The notes beneath the pieces are model-generated. The model searched no databases. It worked only from the letters and a program-made list of their open reading frames with translations, and was not told the DNA's origin. A stretch of DNA of 64,000 bases. It comes from Mobula hypostoma (lineage: Eukaryota). Position 1 is the first letter of the stretch; every line of letters starts with the position of its first letter. Shown here piece by piece: positions 1 through 12,859 of this stretch. The translations under genes were made by a program, and so were the position numbers. The stretch spans positions 162,194,001 to 162,258,000 of the forward strand of contig NC_086097.1 in assembly GCF_963921235.1 (NCBI RefSeq), given 5' to 3'.

Positions 1-109
1 CAATGTTCCCTGACCTTAAAAATTTGAAATAAAGACAAAGTGCTAGAAATACACTATAGATCAAGTGTTAGGTCTCTCAGTGGGTGAGCATTTCACCCAC
101 AGTGAGGTG

Positions 110-1850
110 GGGGGTGGTTATTATGATGTTATTAAGCAGGAACTTGAGAGCATAACTCAAGAACAGATGTTCTCATGAAAATACACAACAGAGATGTGGA
201 GGTTGTTTAGGGAGTACTTACATGGGGTTCTGGATATATTTGTCCTATTGAGGTAGGGAAAGGATGGTAGGGTGAGGGAACTAATAGTTGAACTAAGAGC
301 ATCTTGTGAAATGACAGAAAAAAATTTCTAAAGGTTTAGGAAGCAAGGTAGGTCATATCTTAGGTGCCTGATAGAGCTCTTTGATAATTAGACAAAGCAC
401 ATCGATGAAGGTAGAGCAGTGGATGTGGTGAATATGGATTTTGGTAAAGCATTTGATGAAGGTTCCCCACGTTAAGCTCAATCAGAAAGTCAGGAGGCAT
501 GGGATCCAGGGAAACTTGGCTGTATGGATTCAGAATTGGCTTGCCTACAGAAGACAGAAGGTGGTGTAGATGGAGGGTTTACTGCGTGGAGGTCAGTGAC
601 ATTTTCTGGGATTCCTGATCTTTGTGGTTTTTATAAATGGCTTGGATAATGAAGCAGAAGGGTGAGTTAATAAGTTTGCAGATGACACGAAGGTTGATGA
701 TGTTGTGGATAGTTTCGAAGATTCCCGTAGCTTGCAACAGGATATTGACAAGATGCAAAGCTGGGCTGAGAAGTGGCAAATAGAGTTCAACCTGAAAAGT
801 TGTGAAGTGATTCACTTGGGAAGGTCAAATTTGACGGTAGAATTCAAGTTCAAGTTTAATTTTCCATTCAACCATAAACAGGTACACAGCTAAACGAAAT
901 AATATTCCTCCTAGTCCAAGGTGCAAAGCCCAGAACATACAATCACACACAGCAGAGATATTTACAATAGCATATACTGTCTCAAAATAATATTAGCAGA
1001 AGTTTCTGAGTGACATGGCCTGAAGATTGATTCATCCTGGAACAAGCACACAGCAGTCCCTCATCCTGCGCTGAGTCAACCACAGATGAAGGCAATCCAG
1101 CTTGTCTACAAGGGAGCAAACACCGAAGGGTAGCACTGACGGGAGAGCGGCTTAATACATGGTTAATGGCAGAATTCTTAGTGGTGTGAAGGAACAGCTG
1201 GATCTTGGCTATGTGACCATAGAGCCCTTAAAGTTGCCACAGAAGTTAATATGGTGGCTAAGAAGGTACATGGTGTTGGCCTTCATTTTTCGGGCGATTG
1301 AGTTCAAGAGACATGAGGTAATGTTGCAGCTCCATAAAACCCTGGTTAGACCACGCTTGGAGTATTGTGTTCAATTGTAATCACCTCATAGGAAGAATGT
1401 GGATGCTTTAGAGAGGATGCAGAGGAGATTTCCACGATGCTGTCTGGATTATAGAGCATGTCTTGTGACAATAGGTTGAATGAGCTAGGGCTGTTTGGGG
1501 AGCAAAGAAGAATGAGAAGTGACTTGATAGAGGTGTACAAGATGATAAGAGACATAGATCGAGTGGACAGTCAGAGACCTTTTACCAAGGCGGAAATTTC
1601 TAACATGTGAGGGCGTAATTTAATGGTGCTTGGAGGAAAAGTATAGGGGGGATGTCAGAGTTAAGATTTTATACAGAGAGTGGTGGTTGCATGGAAAGCG
1701 CTGCCACGAGTGGTGGTGGAGACAGATATGTTACAAGTATGTAAGAGACTCTTTGACAGCCACATGGAGGGCAATGATATTGATCTTAGAGTTGGTTGAA
1801 AGGCCAGCACAATACTGTGAGTGGAAGAGTCAACTTTGCTGTAGTGTTCT
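110..1850 (+). mobile_element. Degraded CR1-type LINE ORF2 remnant, interrupted at about 843-1155 by another repeat
   Basis: KFADDTK, WAEKWQIEFN, LVRPRLEYCVQ motifs in broken frames. Confidence 0.85.
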
Positions 1851-1993
1851 ATCCAGGTCAAGCAACATCCATAGAGAGAAAGCAGTTCATTTTACAGAAT
1901 TAGCTGTTGAATGGTATGCTAAGTAGTCATTGTTTAGAAATTGTTCTCTTTGCCCCTTTTACATTTCATTATTCTAAGTATGTTTTGTAGCAG

Positions 1994-2134
1994 GTTTCTG
2001 GATATACTGGTTCACATGGAATTTCACCCATGCCTGGAAGTATTTATTCTGCTCAGGCTGGTGTATTGGATGCTCATGATTCCTGGAATCACCATAGGCC
2101 TCAGGATATTCCAATATGGCCACAAAATCTGGAG
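1994..2134 (+). CDS. PTK2: FAK coding exon (VSGYTGSHGISPMPGSIYSAQAGVLDAHDSWNHHRPQDIPIWPQNLE); upstream exons lie outside the window
   Basis: tagcag acceptor, GAG|gtaaat donor, 141 nt, phase 0/0; aligns with human FAK VSGYPGSHGI...WQPNVE. Confidence 0.93.
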
Positions 2135-2214
2135 GTAAATTAAATACTGTACATGAGTCAGTATTTGATGTTTGGGGAGATCTGATTGAAAACTATCAAA
2201 TATTGAAAGACCTA

Positions 2215-2615
2215 GAGTACTGTGCAAAAGTGTTAAGTACCCTAGATTTTTTTATGTGGTTGTAGATGATATGGCCTCCACTGAGCCCTGATCTCAACAT
2301 CATCAAGGCTGTATGGGATTACCTGGAGAGACAGAAGCAAGCCAAAATCTGCAGAACTTGACAAGATCTCTAAGATGCTTGGAACAATCTACTAGCTGAT
2401 TTTCTTATAAAACTGCATATCAGTATACCTTAGAAAATTGATGCAGTTTTAAAGGCAAAGGATAGTCATGCCAAATATTGATTTAGTTTTTATGCTTTAC
2501 TGCTCTTTATAGCAATGTTTTTGAAATTTAAAAACTTTTTATTTCATTATTTTTGAAAGCAACTGTGCCTTACAGATTTTTTTTAACGTGTGCCTAAAAC
2601 TTTTGCACAGTATTG
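2215..2615 (+). mobile_element. Internally deleted Tc1-like DNA transposon inserted in a CR1 3' fragment
   Basis: Imperfect TIRs (tactgtgcaaaagt...acttttgcacagta), TA at 2213-2214 and 2616-2617; WPP.SPDLNII transposase remnant. Confidence 0.85.
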
Positions 2616-3377
2616 TAGGTAGAGTAGACCTACGGTAACTAGGACCACAGTCTCAGAATAGAAGGATGTCCCTTTCGAAGAGAGATAAGGAATTTTTTTT
2701 GCCGGTGGTGGGGAGGGGTGAATCTGGAATTAATTGCCATAGATGGCTGTGGAAGCCCAAGTTATTGGGTAACTTTAAAGCAAAAGTCATTTAGTAAGTG
2801 TGTCAAAGGTTATGCTGAGAAGGCTTGCGAATGGGGTTGAGAGGGATAATAAATCAGCTATAATAGATGGCCTAATTGTACTGTGGCATATGGCTTATGA
2901 TCTATAGTATTACACAGTTATCCTTTAAACATGGCAGTGGTTATCCTTATCAACTTATGCAATTTTGGACAAAATATGAATCTGTTCTTATCAAGATGCA
3001 ATTAGAACATTTCTTAAATGAGATAAAGTCAGTGATCTAATATTCTTTATGCCTTCTAGACAAATTAAGTATATTTATAGAAATGCAGGCTGTATTTTGG
3101 CTAGATTGCTGTATTAAATTCTGACATTGGACAGTAGTTAAGATCTGGTTTATGTTGCAGATGTTTGAATTAGACTTTGAAAATGACATGCTAAGAGCAA
3201 AGAATCTTGCTGACCTTTATTGTATGTAGCTCTTTTCATGGGAGTTTGGGCAAGAATGGAGATTTCACAAAAAATATCGGAAACATTTGCTATCAATGCT
3301 GCAAATCTTCATTGAATTTATAGTATACTGTGTGAGTAGATATAGCATTGCATTTAAACATGTTGTTATATTTTCAG

Positions 3378-3509
3378 GAGACTGGCAATTTGGATATGCG
3401 TGTAATGAGTCAGATGCTTCCAACAAATGTCATGGAAGAACGGTTAATAAGGCAACAGCAAGAAATGGAGGAGGATCAGCGATGGCTTGAACAAGAAGAG
3501 AAATTTTTG
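3378..3509 (+). CDS. PTK2: FAK coding exon (ETGNLDMRVMSQMLPTNVMEERLIRQQQEMEEDQRWLEQEEKFL)
   Basis: ttttcag acceptor, TTG|gtaatc donor, 132 nt; MEERLIRQQQEMEEDQRWLE matches vertebrate FAK. Confidence 0.97.
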
Positions 3510-4826
3510 GTAATCTCTTTGTTATCTGTTTCAGTGCCTTCATGTCATTACAGTGTACCATATCAGATAGATTGTGTGGAATTTGTTTAACAGCAAGAAA
3601 CTGCATGGAGTCGACAGACTCCATTCAATATCTTCTGGATTATTCAGTCATCTATACTTCTGGGTTATTCTGAAAAGAAAGGCCATAATTATATTAAAAA
3701 AATGAGATGAAAGAAGTGCCAGGCAATTGATGTCCATTTTTGTCACATACTTCCAGTGAGCTATATATTTTAATATCTTTTATACTCAGAGGGATTTATT
3801 TTGAGAAAGGAAAGCAATCAAGTATTCTGAATTTAGCAGATGTGTTGTTTATGAAAATGCTAAATTTCATATGTATTTTACATTGTGTCAATCTGCATCA
3901 CAAGAACAGACAATTTAGCTCAACTTGTTTGTAGTCCCATAAAAAACACACAATGCTAGAAGTGTTCAGCAGGTTGGGCTGCATCTGTGGAAAGAAACAG
4001 ATTAGGAAGGATAAAATATTTCAAATCAAAATCTCATTAGATTTCCATCATCAGTTCTGCTTTGATTATCATTGTATTCCACCTTAATCTTCTTTTAGAA
4101 CTTTATCCTTCAAATGCTTAACAAGCAAAGCATGCAGAGATTAGTTAGTCCAATAGTGGGTACCTTAGAGAAGACAAGTCAGAAAAATAATACTGGGGAG
4201 TCAAGAGTCAAGTGAAAAATAACTGAATTTAGTAATAAAAATGACTGGATAACCTGATGATCTGCATCAAGAGCTTTAAAAAATGGGTATGGATATGGTA
4301 GCTCCTCTGGTTATTAGCTTTCAAAATTCTCTAAATTCGTACAAGTTGGCAAGTAGCAAATGTGATCCCACTATAATCGGGGATATGGTATTTAAAGTTA
4401 TGATAGAATTGAACAAATTCAATATGGACTTGAGAAAGAAATATCATGATTGATCTGTGGGAATATTTGTAAGATATATATAGTAGAATAGAAAACTGGA
4501 TGTAGTTTATTTTGATTTTCAGAAAATTATATGGTCCCTTGCAATGTTTGGTGAGTATACCAATTTATTGTACATCAGTGGATGAATGGAGAGGTTAGGG
4601 TATATTTTTCATACACGATGTTGCTGGGCCAACTGGTATAGATACACTGGTCATATGGCAGTCTGCTGGACTGCAAATTCTAATTCAATCATGATGTATA
4701 TAAATAATCAATGAAAATAGTAACAGGGTTTTTTTCAATGTGTTTTTAAAAATACATATTGCTGCTTGAATCTTCATTTGGATTGGTCAATACAATCCCA
4801 TTTGACGATGACATGGTGTACAGAGA

Positions 4827-5095
4827 ACGTTACACGGTAGCATAGTGGTTAGCACAATGCTTTACAGTACCAGCAACCCGGGTTCATTTCCTGAAGTTGT
4901 CTGTAAGGAGTTTGTACATTCTTCCTGTGACCATGTGGCTTTCCTCCAGCTGCTCCAGTTTCTTCCCACAGTCCAAAGATGTAGGTTAATTGGTCATTGT
5001 CCATTGTCCCAAAATCAGGCTAGGGTTCAATCGAGGGTGGTTGGGCAGCACGGTTCAAAGGGTCTATTCCATGCTGTATGTCAATAAATAAATAA
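4827..5095 (+). mobile_element. tRNA-derived SINE (HE1-like elasmobranch type)
   Basis: A-box TAGCATAGTGG, B-box GGTTCATTTCC, CR1-like 3' end, (AATA)n tail, AGAGA TSD at 4822-4826 and 5096-5100. Confidence 0.75.
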
Positions 5096-5508
5096 AGAGA
5101 GGAGGTAGAGCAGCTGGTAGAATGGTGTGAGCACACAACTTGAGTATCACCTTGGACAAGACCAAAGAGATAACTTTAGAAAGGTGCTGTCTGACCACTT
5201 CTCACTGCACATACATGGTTCATCCATGGAAAGAGTTAAGAATACCAAGTTTCTGGGAGTACACGTAGCAGACAATCTCACCTGGTTTCTCAGCACCACC
5301 TCTTGGGTCAAGAAAGCACAACAGCTTCTTCACTTCCTGAGGAGACTGAGGTGAGTGAGGCTTTCCCCCTACCACCCCCTGTATTCTAACCAATTGTTAC
5401 ATGAGCACCCACTGGGAGAGTCTGGTACAGGAATTGCAAGGCATCTGGCCATAAGTCCCTAAAGGATTGGGAGGACTGCCGAGAGGATTGTTGGGGTCTC
5501 TCTTTCCA

Positions 5509-8050
5509 TAAGATCATAAGACATAGGAGCAGAATTAGGCCATTTGGCCCATCGAGTCTGCTCTGCCGTTCCATTTTGGCTCATTTATTATTCCCGCACA
5601 ACCCCATTCCCTTTCATTCTCACTATATATTTGGCACCTTGATTAATCAAGAAACTATCAACCTCTGCCTTAACTATACAGCCATCTGTGCAGTGAATTC
5701 CACAGACTTACCACTCACTGGCTGGAGAAATTTTTCCTCATCTCTGTTCTAAATGGATGTCTTTCTGAGCTGTGCCCTCTGGTCTTACACTCTCCTACTA
5801 TAAGAAACATCCTTTCTGCATCCACTCTATTTAGACCTTTCAAAATTCAGTGAGATCCCCTCCCCCCCCCCCCCCCCCCCATTCTTCTAAACTCCAGAAA
5901 ATACAGGCCCAGAGACTTCAAACATCCGGATATGTCACCCTTTCATTCCTGGGATCATTCTGATGAACCTTCTGGACCCTCTCCAAGGTTAGCACATCTT
6001 TTCTTTAGATAAGGGGCCCAATACTGCTCACTATAGTCCAAGTACAGCCTGACCAATGCTTTATAAAGCCTCAGCATTACATCCTTGCTTTTGAATTCTA
6101 GTCCTCTTGAAATTAATGCTAATATTGCATTTGCCTTCCTTGCCAGTGACTCACCCTGCAAGGTAACCATTAGGGAATCCTGCATGAGGGCTCTCAAGTC
6201 TCTTTGCACCTCTGATTTTTGAATTTACTCCCCATTTAGAATATGGTCCACACCTTTATTCCTTCTGCACTTCCCTACACTATATTCCAGCTACCACTTC
6301 TTTGCCCACTCCTCCAATCTGCCTGAGTCTTTCTTGAGACACACTGCTTCCTCAACACTACCAGCCCCTCCACCAATCGTCATATTGTCCACAAATTTGG
6401 ATCCAAAACCATCAATTCCTTTATCCAAATTATTGACATATAATGTGAAAAGGAGTGGTCTCAAGACTGACCTCTGCAGCATACCACTAATCACGGACAG
6501 CCAACCAGAAAAGAACCCCTTTACTCACGCTCTTTGCCTCCTCCCAGACAGCCGTCTTCTATCCATGCTAGTACCTTCCCTGTAATACCACAGGCTATTA
6601 ACTTTATCAAAGGCCTTCTGAAAAACCAAATAAACAGCATGAACTGATTTTTCTTCATCTATCCTGCCTGCTTTTCCTCAAAGAATTCCAACTGACATGT
6701 CAGGCAAGATTTTCACTTTAGAAAACTATGCTGACTTTGGCCTATTTTGCTGACTTTGGCCTATTTTGTTGTGTGCCTTCAAGTACCATGAAACCTCATC
6801 CAACATCTCCAATCACTGAAGTCAGGCTAAGTGGCCTGTAATTTCCTTTCTTCTGCCTTCCTCCCTGCTTAAAGAGTGGAGTGACATTTGTAATTTTCCA
6901 GTCTTCAGGAACTATTCCAGAATCTAGTGATCCCAATGCCTCCACAATCTCTTTAGCTATTTCTTTCAGAATGCTGGGATGCAGTCCACCTAGTCCAGGT
7001 GACTTATCTACCTTCAGATTTTTCAGTTTCCCAAGCACCACTTCCTTATTAATAGCAGCGATGCTCACTTCTGCCGCCTAACACGTTTGCATTTCTGGCA
7101 TTCTGCTATTATCTTGCACAGTGAAGTCTAATGCAAAATATTTCTGAAGTTCATCTGCTTTTTCTTTGCCCTCTTCCTTCCACCCCACTAACTCTCTAGT
7201 ATCATTTTCCAGTAGTCCGATATTCACTTTCTTTTACTCTTTATATATCGGAAAAAACTTTTTATCTCCTCTTGGCTAGCTTACCTTCATATTTCATCTT
7301 TTCTGTCTTTATGACTTTTTAGTTGTCTTCTGTTGGTTTTTAAAAGTTTCCCAATCCTCTGCCTTCCCACTAATGTTTGCTATGTTATGTGCCCTCTCTT
7401 TTGATTTTATGCTGTCTTTGACTTCCCTTGTCAGCCACAGTTGCCTCATCCTCCCTTTAGCATACTCCTTCATTTTTGAGATGTATATTTCCTGTATCTT
7501 CTGAGCTTCCCCCAGAAACACCAGCCATTGCTGTTTTGCCATCATCCCTGCTGGTGTAACCTTTCAATCAACCTTGGCCAACTCCTCTCTCATGCTTCTG
7601 TAATGCCCTCTACACTACTGTAAAACTGATTCATCCAATTTTATCTTCTCTCTCTTGAACTACAGGGTGAATTTTATCATATTATGATCACTGCTTCCTA
7701 AGGGTTCTTTTACCTTAAACTCCTAATCCTGAATTGCCATTCCCTGGTGGGTTCAACCAAAAGCTGCTCTAAAAAACATCTTGTAGGCATTCCATAAACT
7801 CCCCCTCTTGAGATCCAACATCAACCTGATTTTCCCACTCTACCTGTATATTGAAATCCCCCATGATTATCGCAACATTACTCTTTTTACCTGCATTTTC
7901 TACCTTCCATTGTAATTTGTAGCCTATGTCCTGGCTGCTGTTCAGAGGCCTGTATATAATTCCCCTCAAGATCTTTTTACCCTTACAATTTCTTAACTCT
8001 ACCCAGAAGGATTCTACATCTTCTGATCTTATGTCACCTCTTTCTAAGGT
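5509..8050 (-). mobile_element. Degraded CR1 LINE ORF2 (endonuclease + RT fragments)
   Basis: IYRP, MGDFN, KSPG..GLHP, GNYRPLSLTS motifs in ORF fragments 5955-7969; repeat tail at 5509-5527. Confidence 0.9.
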
Positions 8051-9220
8051 GATTTGGGATATTTATCAGGAGTACTGCATTCACAGGGCCCTTAGCATTA
8101 TTAATGATCCCTCCCATGCATCCAATAATCTCTTTGACCCTCCTCCCCCCCAACTATCAGTAGAGGCTACTGTAGCATTAGGACAAGAACTGTAGGTGTG
8201 GGAAACAGCTTCTTTCCCCAGTCCATAAGCCAGCTGAACTCCCTGCCACCACCCAAGTCTCTTCATGCACGAATCGCCAGTAGCATTACACTGTTTACTT
8301 TTTAACTTGTGTCATAAATGCATCTTATTATTTGTTAATTAACTAGTGGTAATATTACTTAGTGTTATTTGTGTGAGTTACATGTACTGCGTAGGTCCGG
8401 AGAGCATGGTTTCAATTGGCAGTATACCTGTGCTCAGTTGAATGACAATAAATTGAACTTGAGGATTGATATCATAGCCTAGCAAATGAAAAGAACTAGG
8501 GGCAAATGATCACAGAATGTTACAGGAAACATAATTTGTGAATAGATATACTCTTTTGCATAAAAACTAACTGATTGCAACCAAATGTGTGCATGCATAA
8601 TGCTGAGCGTAATTAAGTTCATGTAGAATTCAAAATAAGGAACAATTTGCATTTTACAGTATCTTTCAGAACCTAAGGCTGTGCCAAATGCATTACAACT
8701 GATAAAGTCTTTTATTGAGAAGTTATTTGTGTTATAATTGGGGAGATTAGCTGTCAGCAATTTACATACCATAAGAACCTACAAATTGCAGTATTAATAA
8801 GTAGTAGATGAACTTGTTTTCCTAATGGTATAAATTTATCAATAAATGTTGATCAGGCTTTTGTTGAATGCAATTCAGTGGCGTCTTTTACATTTATGTT
8901 GCAGAGTAAACAAAGCTCAGTTTAACATCTTAATGAAAGTACATCCCTGACAGTGCAGAAATCCTTAAGTGGTATTTCATTATAAATTCAGGCCATTTAA
9001 TTCTTGATTATTATAAAGACCTTACTTTATTCTTGGACTTAGTATATCAGAATCGTAGCAAGAATGAGGCAATTCAGCAATAAATTCCATCATTCACTCA
9101 AGCAAATTAATCCGATACTGGGTCTTTTCTGCAGTACTGGGACAGTAGATTACTCTTATTAGATAATATACAAGGAGATGTTAATTAAATGTGTTGGTAA
9201 ATAAGACTGCTAAATTAGTT

Positions 9221-9770
9221 CAACAACATACACAAAATGGTGGAAGAACTCAGCAGGCCAGGCAACATCTGTGGAAGAGTATAGGCTGTCAAGGTAAGAA
9301 GGTGGGGGGAAAGGAGGAAGAAGCAGAAGGTGATGGTTAAACTTGGAGAGGGGAAGTAGATTGGTGAAAGAGATACTGAGCTGGAGAAGGGAGAATCTGA
9401 TAGAAGAGGACAGAAGGCCATGAAAGCAAGAAAAGGGGGAAGAGCAGCAAAGATACATGATGGGCAGTTAAGGAGATAAGGAGAGCGGGTAAAGGGGATG
9501 GGGAATGGGGGCGGGGGCATTACCAGAAGTTCAAGAAATCAGTGTTCATGCCTTCAGATTGGAGGCTACCCAGGTGGATTATAAGATGTTGCTCCTCCAA
9601 CCTAAGTGTAGCCTCACCATGACAGTAGAGGAGGCCATGGACTGGCATGTCAGAATGGAAATGGGAAGTGAAATTAAAATGTGTGGCCACTGGGAGAAAC
9701 CACTTTTTCTGGTGGATGGAGTGCAGGTGCTCGGTGAAGCGGTCTCCCACTCTTTGTCAGGTCTCACCAA
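9221..9770 (-). mobile_element. Penelope-like element remnant (GIY-YIG endonuclease C-terminus + terminal repeat)
   Basis: ORF 9520..9750 GDRFTEHL..LPVATHFN..LEEQHLIIHLGSLQSEGMN; TAAATTAGTT duplicated at 9211-9220 and 9771-9780. Confidence 0.8.
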
Positions 9771-9789
9771 TAAATTAGTTTATCACTGG

Positions 9790-10960
9790 TAAATTAGTTT
9801 ATTATGGTCACATGTACTGAGGGACAGTGAAAACCTTTTGTGCATACTGTTCATACATCAGTTCATTGAGGTAATACAAGGTAAAACAATAGAATGCAGA
9901 GTAAAATTTTACAGTTATGGAATGAAGTGCAGTACAAGTAAACAAACTGCAAGGTCATAACAGATACATTGTGAGGTCAAAAATTTTATTGTAGAAGGAA
10001 ACTATTCCATCATCTTATAACAATGGGATAGAAGCTATCCTTGAGGGTGCTATGTTCTTTTAGGCTTTTGTACCTTCTGCCCAATGGGAGGGGGAAGAAG
10101 AGAGAATGTCTGGTATAGATGGGTTCTTTAATTATGCTGGCTGCTTTACCGAGTCGTTGAAAAGTATAAACACAGTCCATGGAGGGCAAGCTTGTTTCCT
10201 GATGTACTGAGCTGTGTCGCAATTCTCTGCAATTTCTTGCTGTCATATGTAGAACAGTTATTGTACCATACCACGATGCATCCAGATAGGGTGCTTTCTG
10301 TGGTGCATCAGTTAGAAATTGGTTAGGGGGCAAGGGAACGTGTCAAATTTCCTTAGCCTCCTGAGGAAGTAAAGGAGCTGGTGAGTTTCTTGGCTGTAGT
10401 GTCAGCATGGTTGAACCAGGGCAGTATGTCCATTCTTAGGATCTTGAAGCTCTCAGCCCTCTCAATCTCAGCATTTTTGAGGTAAACAGGAGCATGTGGA
10501 CCACCCCCTCCCTAAAATTAATATCTAGCTTTCTGTTTTGTTGACATCTCAGAAAGGATTGTTACTAAGCTTTCTGCCTCCTTCCTGTATTCCAGCTCGT
10601 CATTATTTGAGATTTGGCCCACTACAGAGCTGTCATCTGCAAACTTTCAGACGTAGTTAGAGCAGACTATGGCCGCACAATTTTAAGTGTACGGAAAGCA
10701 GAGGGCTGAGGATGTAGCCTTGTGGGACACCAATGTGGAGAATAATCATGGTGGAAGTATTGTCGCCTATCCTTACTGATTGCAATATTTTGCTCAGGAA
10801 GTGAAGGATCCAACTGCAAAGGGAGGTGTTATGGTTGAGTTTACTTGGAATTATAGTGCTGAAGGCAGGTCTGTAATAATGGTCTTAGAGAAGGTGGAAT
10901 CTTCAGATTGAACCAAGGAGAGATTAAAAATATCTGTAAATACACCTGCCAGTCAATCTG
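9790..10960 (-). mobile_element. Rex1/Babar LINE 3' remnant
   Basis: KFADDS, KAASIIK.P.....LFFPLPLGRRYKSLK motifs. Confidence 0.75.
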
Positions 10961-11008
10961 TGCAGGATTAGAATGTAGATTAGGCCACCACATTGAATAG
11001 AGGTGCAA

Positions 11009-11237
11009 ACAACAGGAATTCTGCAGATGCTGGAAATTCAAGCAACACACATAAAAGTTGCTGGTGAACGCAGCAGGCCAGGCAGCATCTCTAGGAAGAG
11101 GTGCAGTCGACGTTTCAGGCCGATACCCTTCAGGAAGGGTATCCTGAAGGGTATCTGCCTGAAACGTCAACTGCACCTCTTCCTAGAGATGCTGCCTGGC
11201 CTGCTGCGTTCACCAGCAACTTTTATGTGTGTTGCTG
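11009..11237. mobile_element. Penelope terminal-repeat fragment with inverted duplication (95-bp hairpin)
   Basis: 14-bp TSD GAATAGAGGTGCAA at 10995-11008 and 11238-11251; arms 11041-11135 and 11142-11236. Confidence 0.85.
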
Positions 11238-12859
11238 GAATAGAGGTGCAATGACTTTTACTTGATCAATGAGAACATGCATATGTAAGTTCTGACAAGA
11301 AATTCCTTGAGATATAGGTTCCACTGAATTTTATGTTGTTAGACATAGAAAAATGATAATCAATCAGATGGGGATATGACCATTTATAGTTCCTCTTCTT
11401 GTGGATTGTTGACTATGGTGAATTCCAATGTCCTCACCTAGTTTGAGATATGTCCTATTCCCCATTATCATAGTGTATCAATGATATGAGACTTATTTTC
11501 ATATGAATTGTGACTACCTATCCAGTTATTCAGAACTCATGACTGATTCACAAGTAAGAGTTATCTTGATCTTCAAGACTAAAATCACTTTATTTTGAAT
11601 TACACCTTTAATCTTGTTGGATTAGAGTCTCAGAGTCAGAGTGAGCTGACAAGGTTTGAAACTTTTGGTCAAGTATTCCATGATACTTCATGGTTAAGCT
11701 ACATTCGTACTTTATTACAGAGCAAGTAAATATTTAAGGCTGATTCTGACTGTAAGTATTTACTTACAGTTCACTGTGATGAGAAAGAAGATTGCAGCCT
11801 GGCATTTTATAGTTTATATGTTTCTGGAACCTCCTCCACTAAACTATATTTATGAACTATATCTGCAATTAGCAAGTTGTTGATATATTTTAGGATTTCT
11901 GGCTAAAATTGACGAATAGTTTAAATCAGCAATCTACTTTCATTACATTTGATGCTTTGTTTTTCAAATAAATCGTTTAATTTTTCAAAAATTGTAAATG
12001 CTGAACGGGTTGGGCCACCTCTGGGGAGGGGAAACAGGTCATTGACCAAATTGCTAATTCTTTCTCTTAGCTGTTTCCTGATGTGAGTATTTCCAGGACT
12101 TTCTGTTTTGATATTTCTAGCAGCTCTGATATATTCCTGTTTTTTTTATGTAATTAAGCATTAATATGATTTCTACTCAAATCAAAACTTATCACAGCAC
12201 CATTATCATGGTTTCTTGTTGGAATACCGGTAGCATCAAAGAAAACTTATAAAAAATCATTCTAACATTTAATCTATTTTCTTAAAACAAATCTGGTTAC
12301 AATTTATTTAAAATCATATGGTTTCAATTGACTGAATGAAACAATTAGAAATTACATTCAGGTCTTGCATGTATGATTTCTTTCCAAAAGCCAAGATTAG
12401 AATTGGGTGGTACAGAATGTTCATCAATTCACCACCACAGATGCCGATTCATGACCACAAATATTCTTTGAGTTCATTCCTAATTTTTTGCTGTGTTGGG
12501 GTGTGGAAGCAGCAACTAACAGTGCCTGGAATTACAAAGATGAATTAGATGATTACCTAGTCTTGTTTCTTAAACACCTATAAGTTTAGGAATATGTTGT
12601 AAAAAAAAGGTAAATAATGTACCATATCCAACAGCTTTTCTTTGAAAGAAAACTCCACGATGTTACAAGGAACTGATATAGTAACAGATTAGAAGATAAA
12701 AGGTCAAGAGGGACTGTCAAAAGCTCAATTGTTGAAGTAAATTTTGGAATGTTATTCAAGCATGAAAGATAGCGAGATGAGGAACTTTAGGGAAAGGATT
12801 TCAAGTTGTAAGATGCAGAAGTCTTTTTGTTTGTATTATAAAGCTCAATATTACTAACA

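Larger units (their letters stand above)
4800..8460 (+). mobile_element. Rex1/Babar LINE 3' remnant split by a SINE (4827-5095) and a CR1 (5509-8050)
   Basis: YREEVEQLVEWC and KFLGVHVADNLTW..KKAQQLLHFLRRL motifs; reading resumes across both inserts. Confidence 0.75.
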
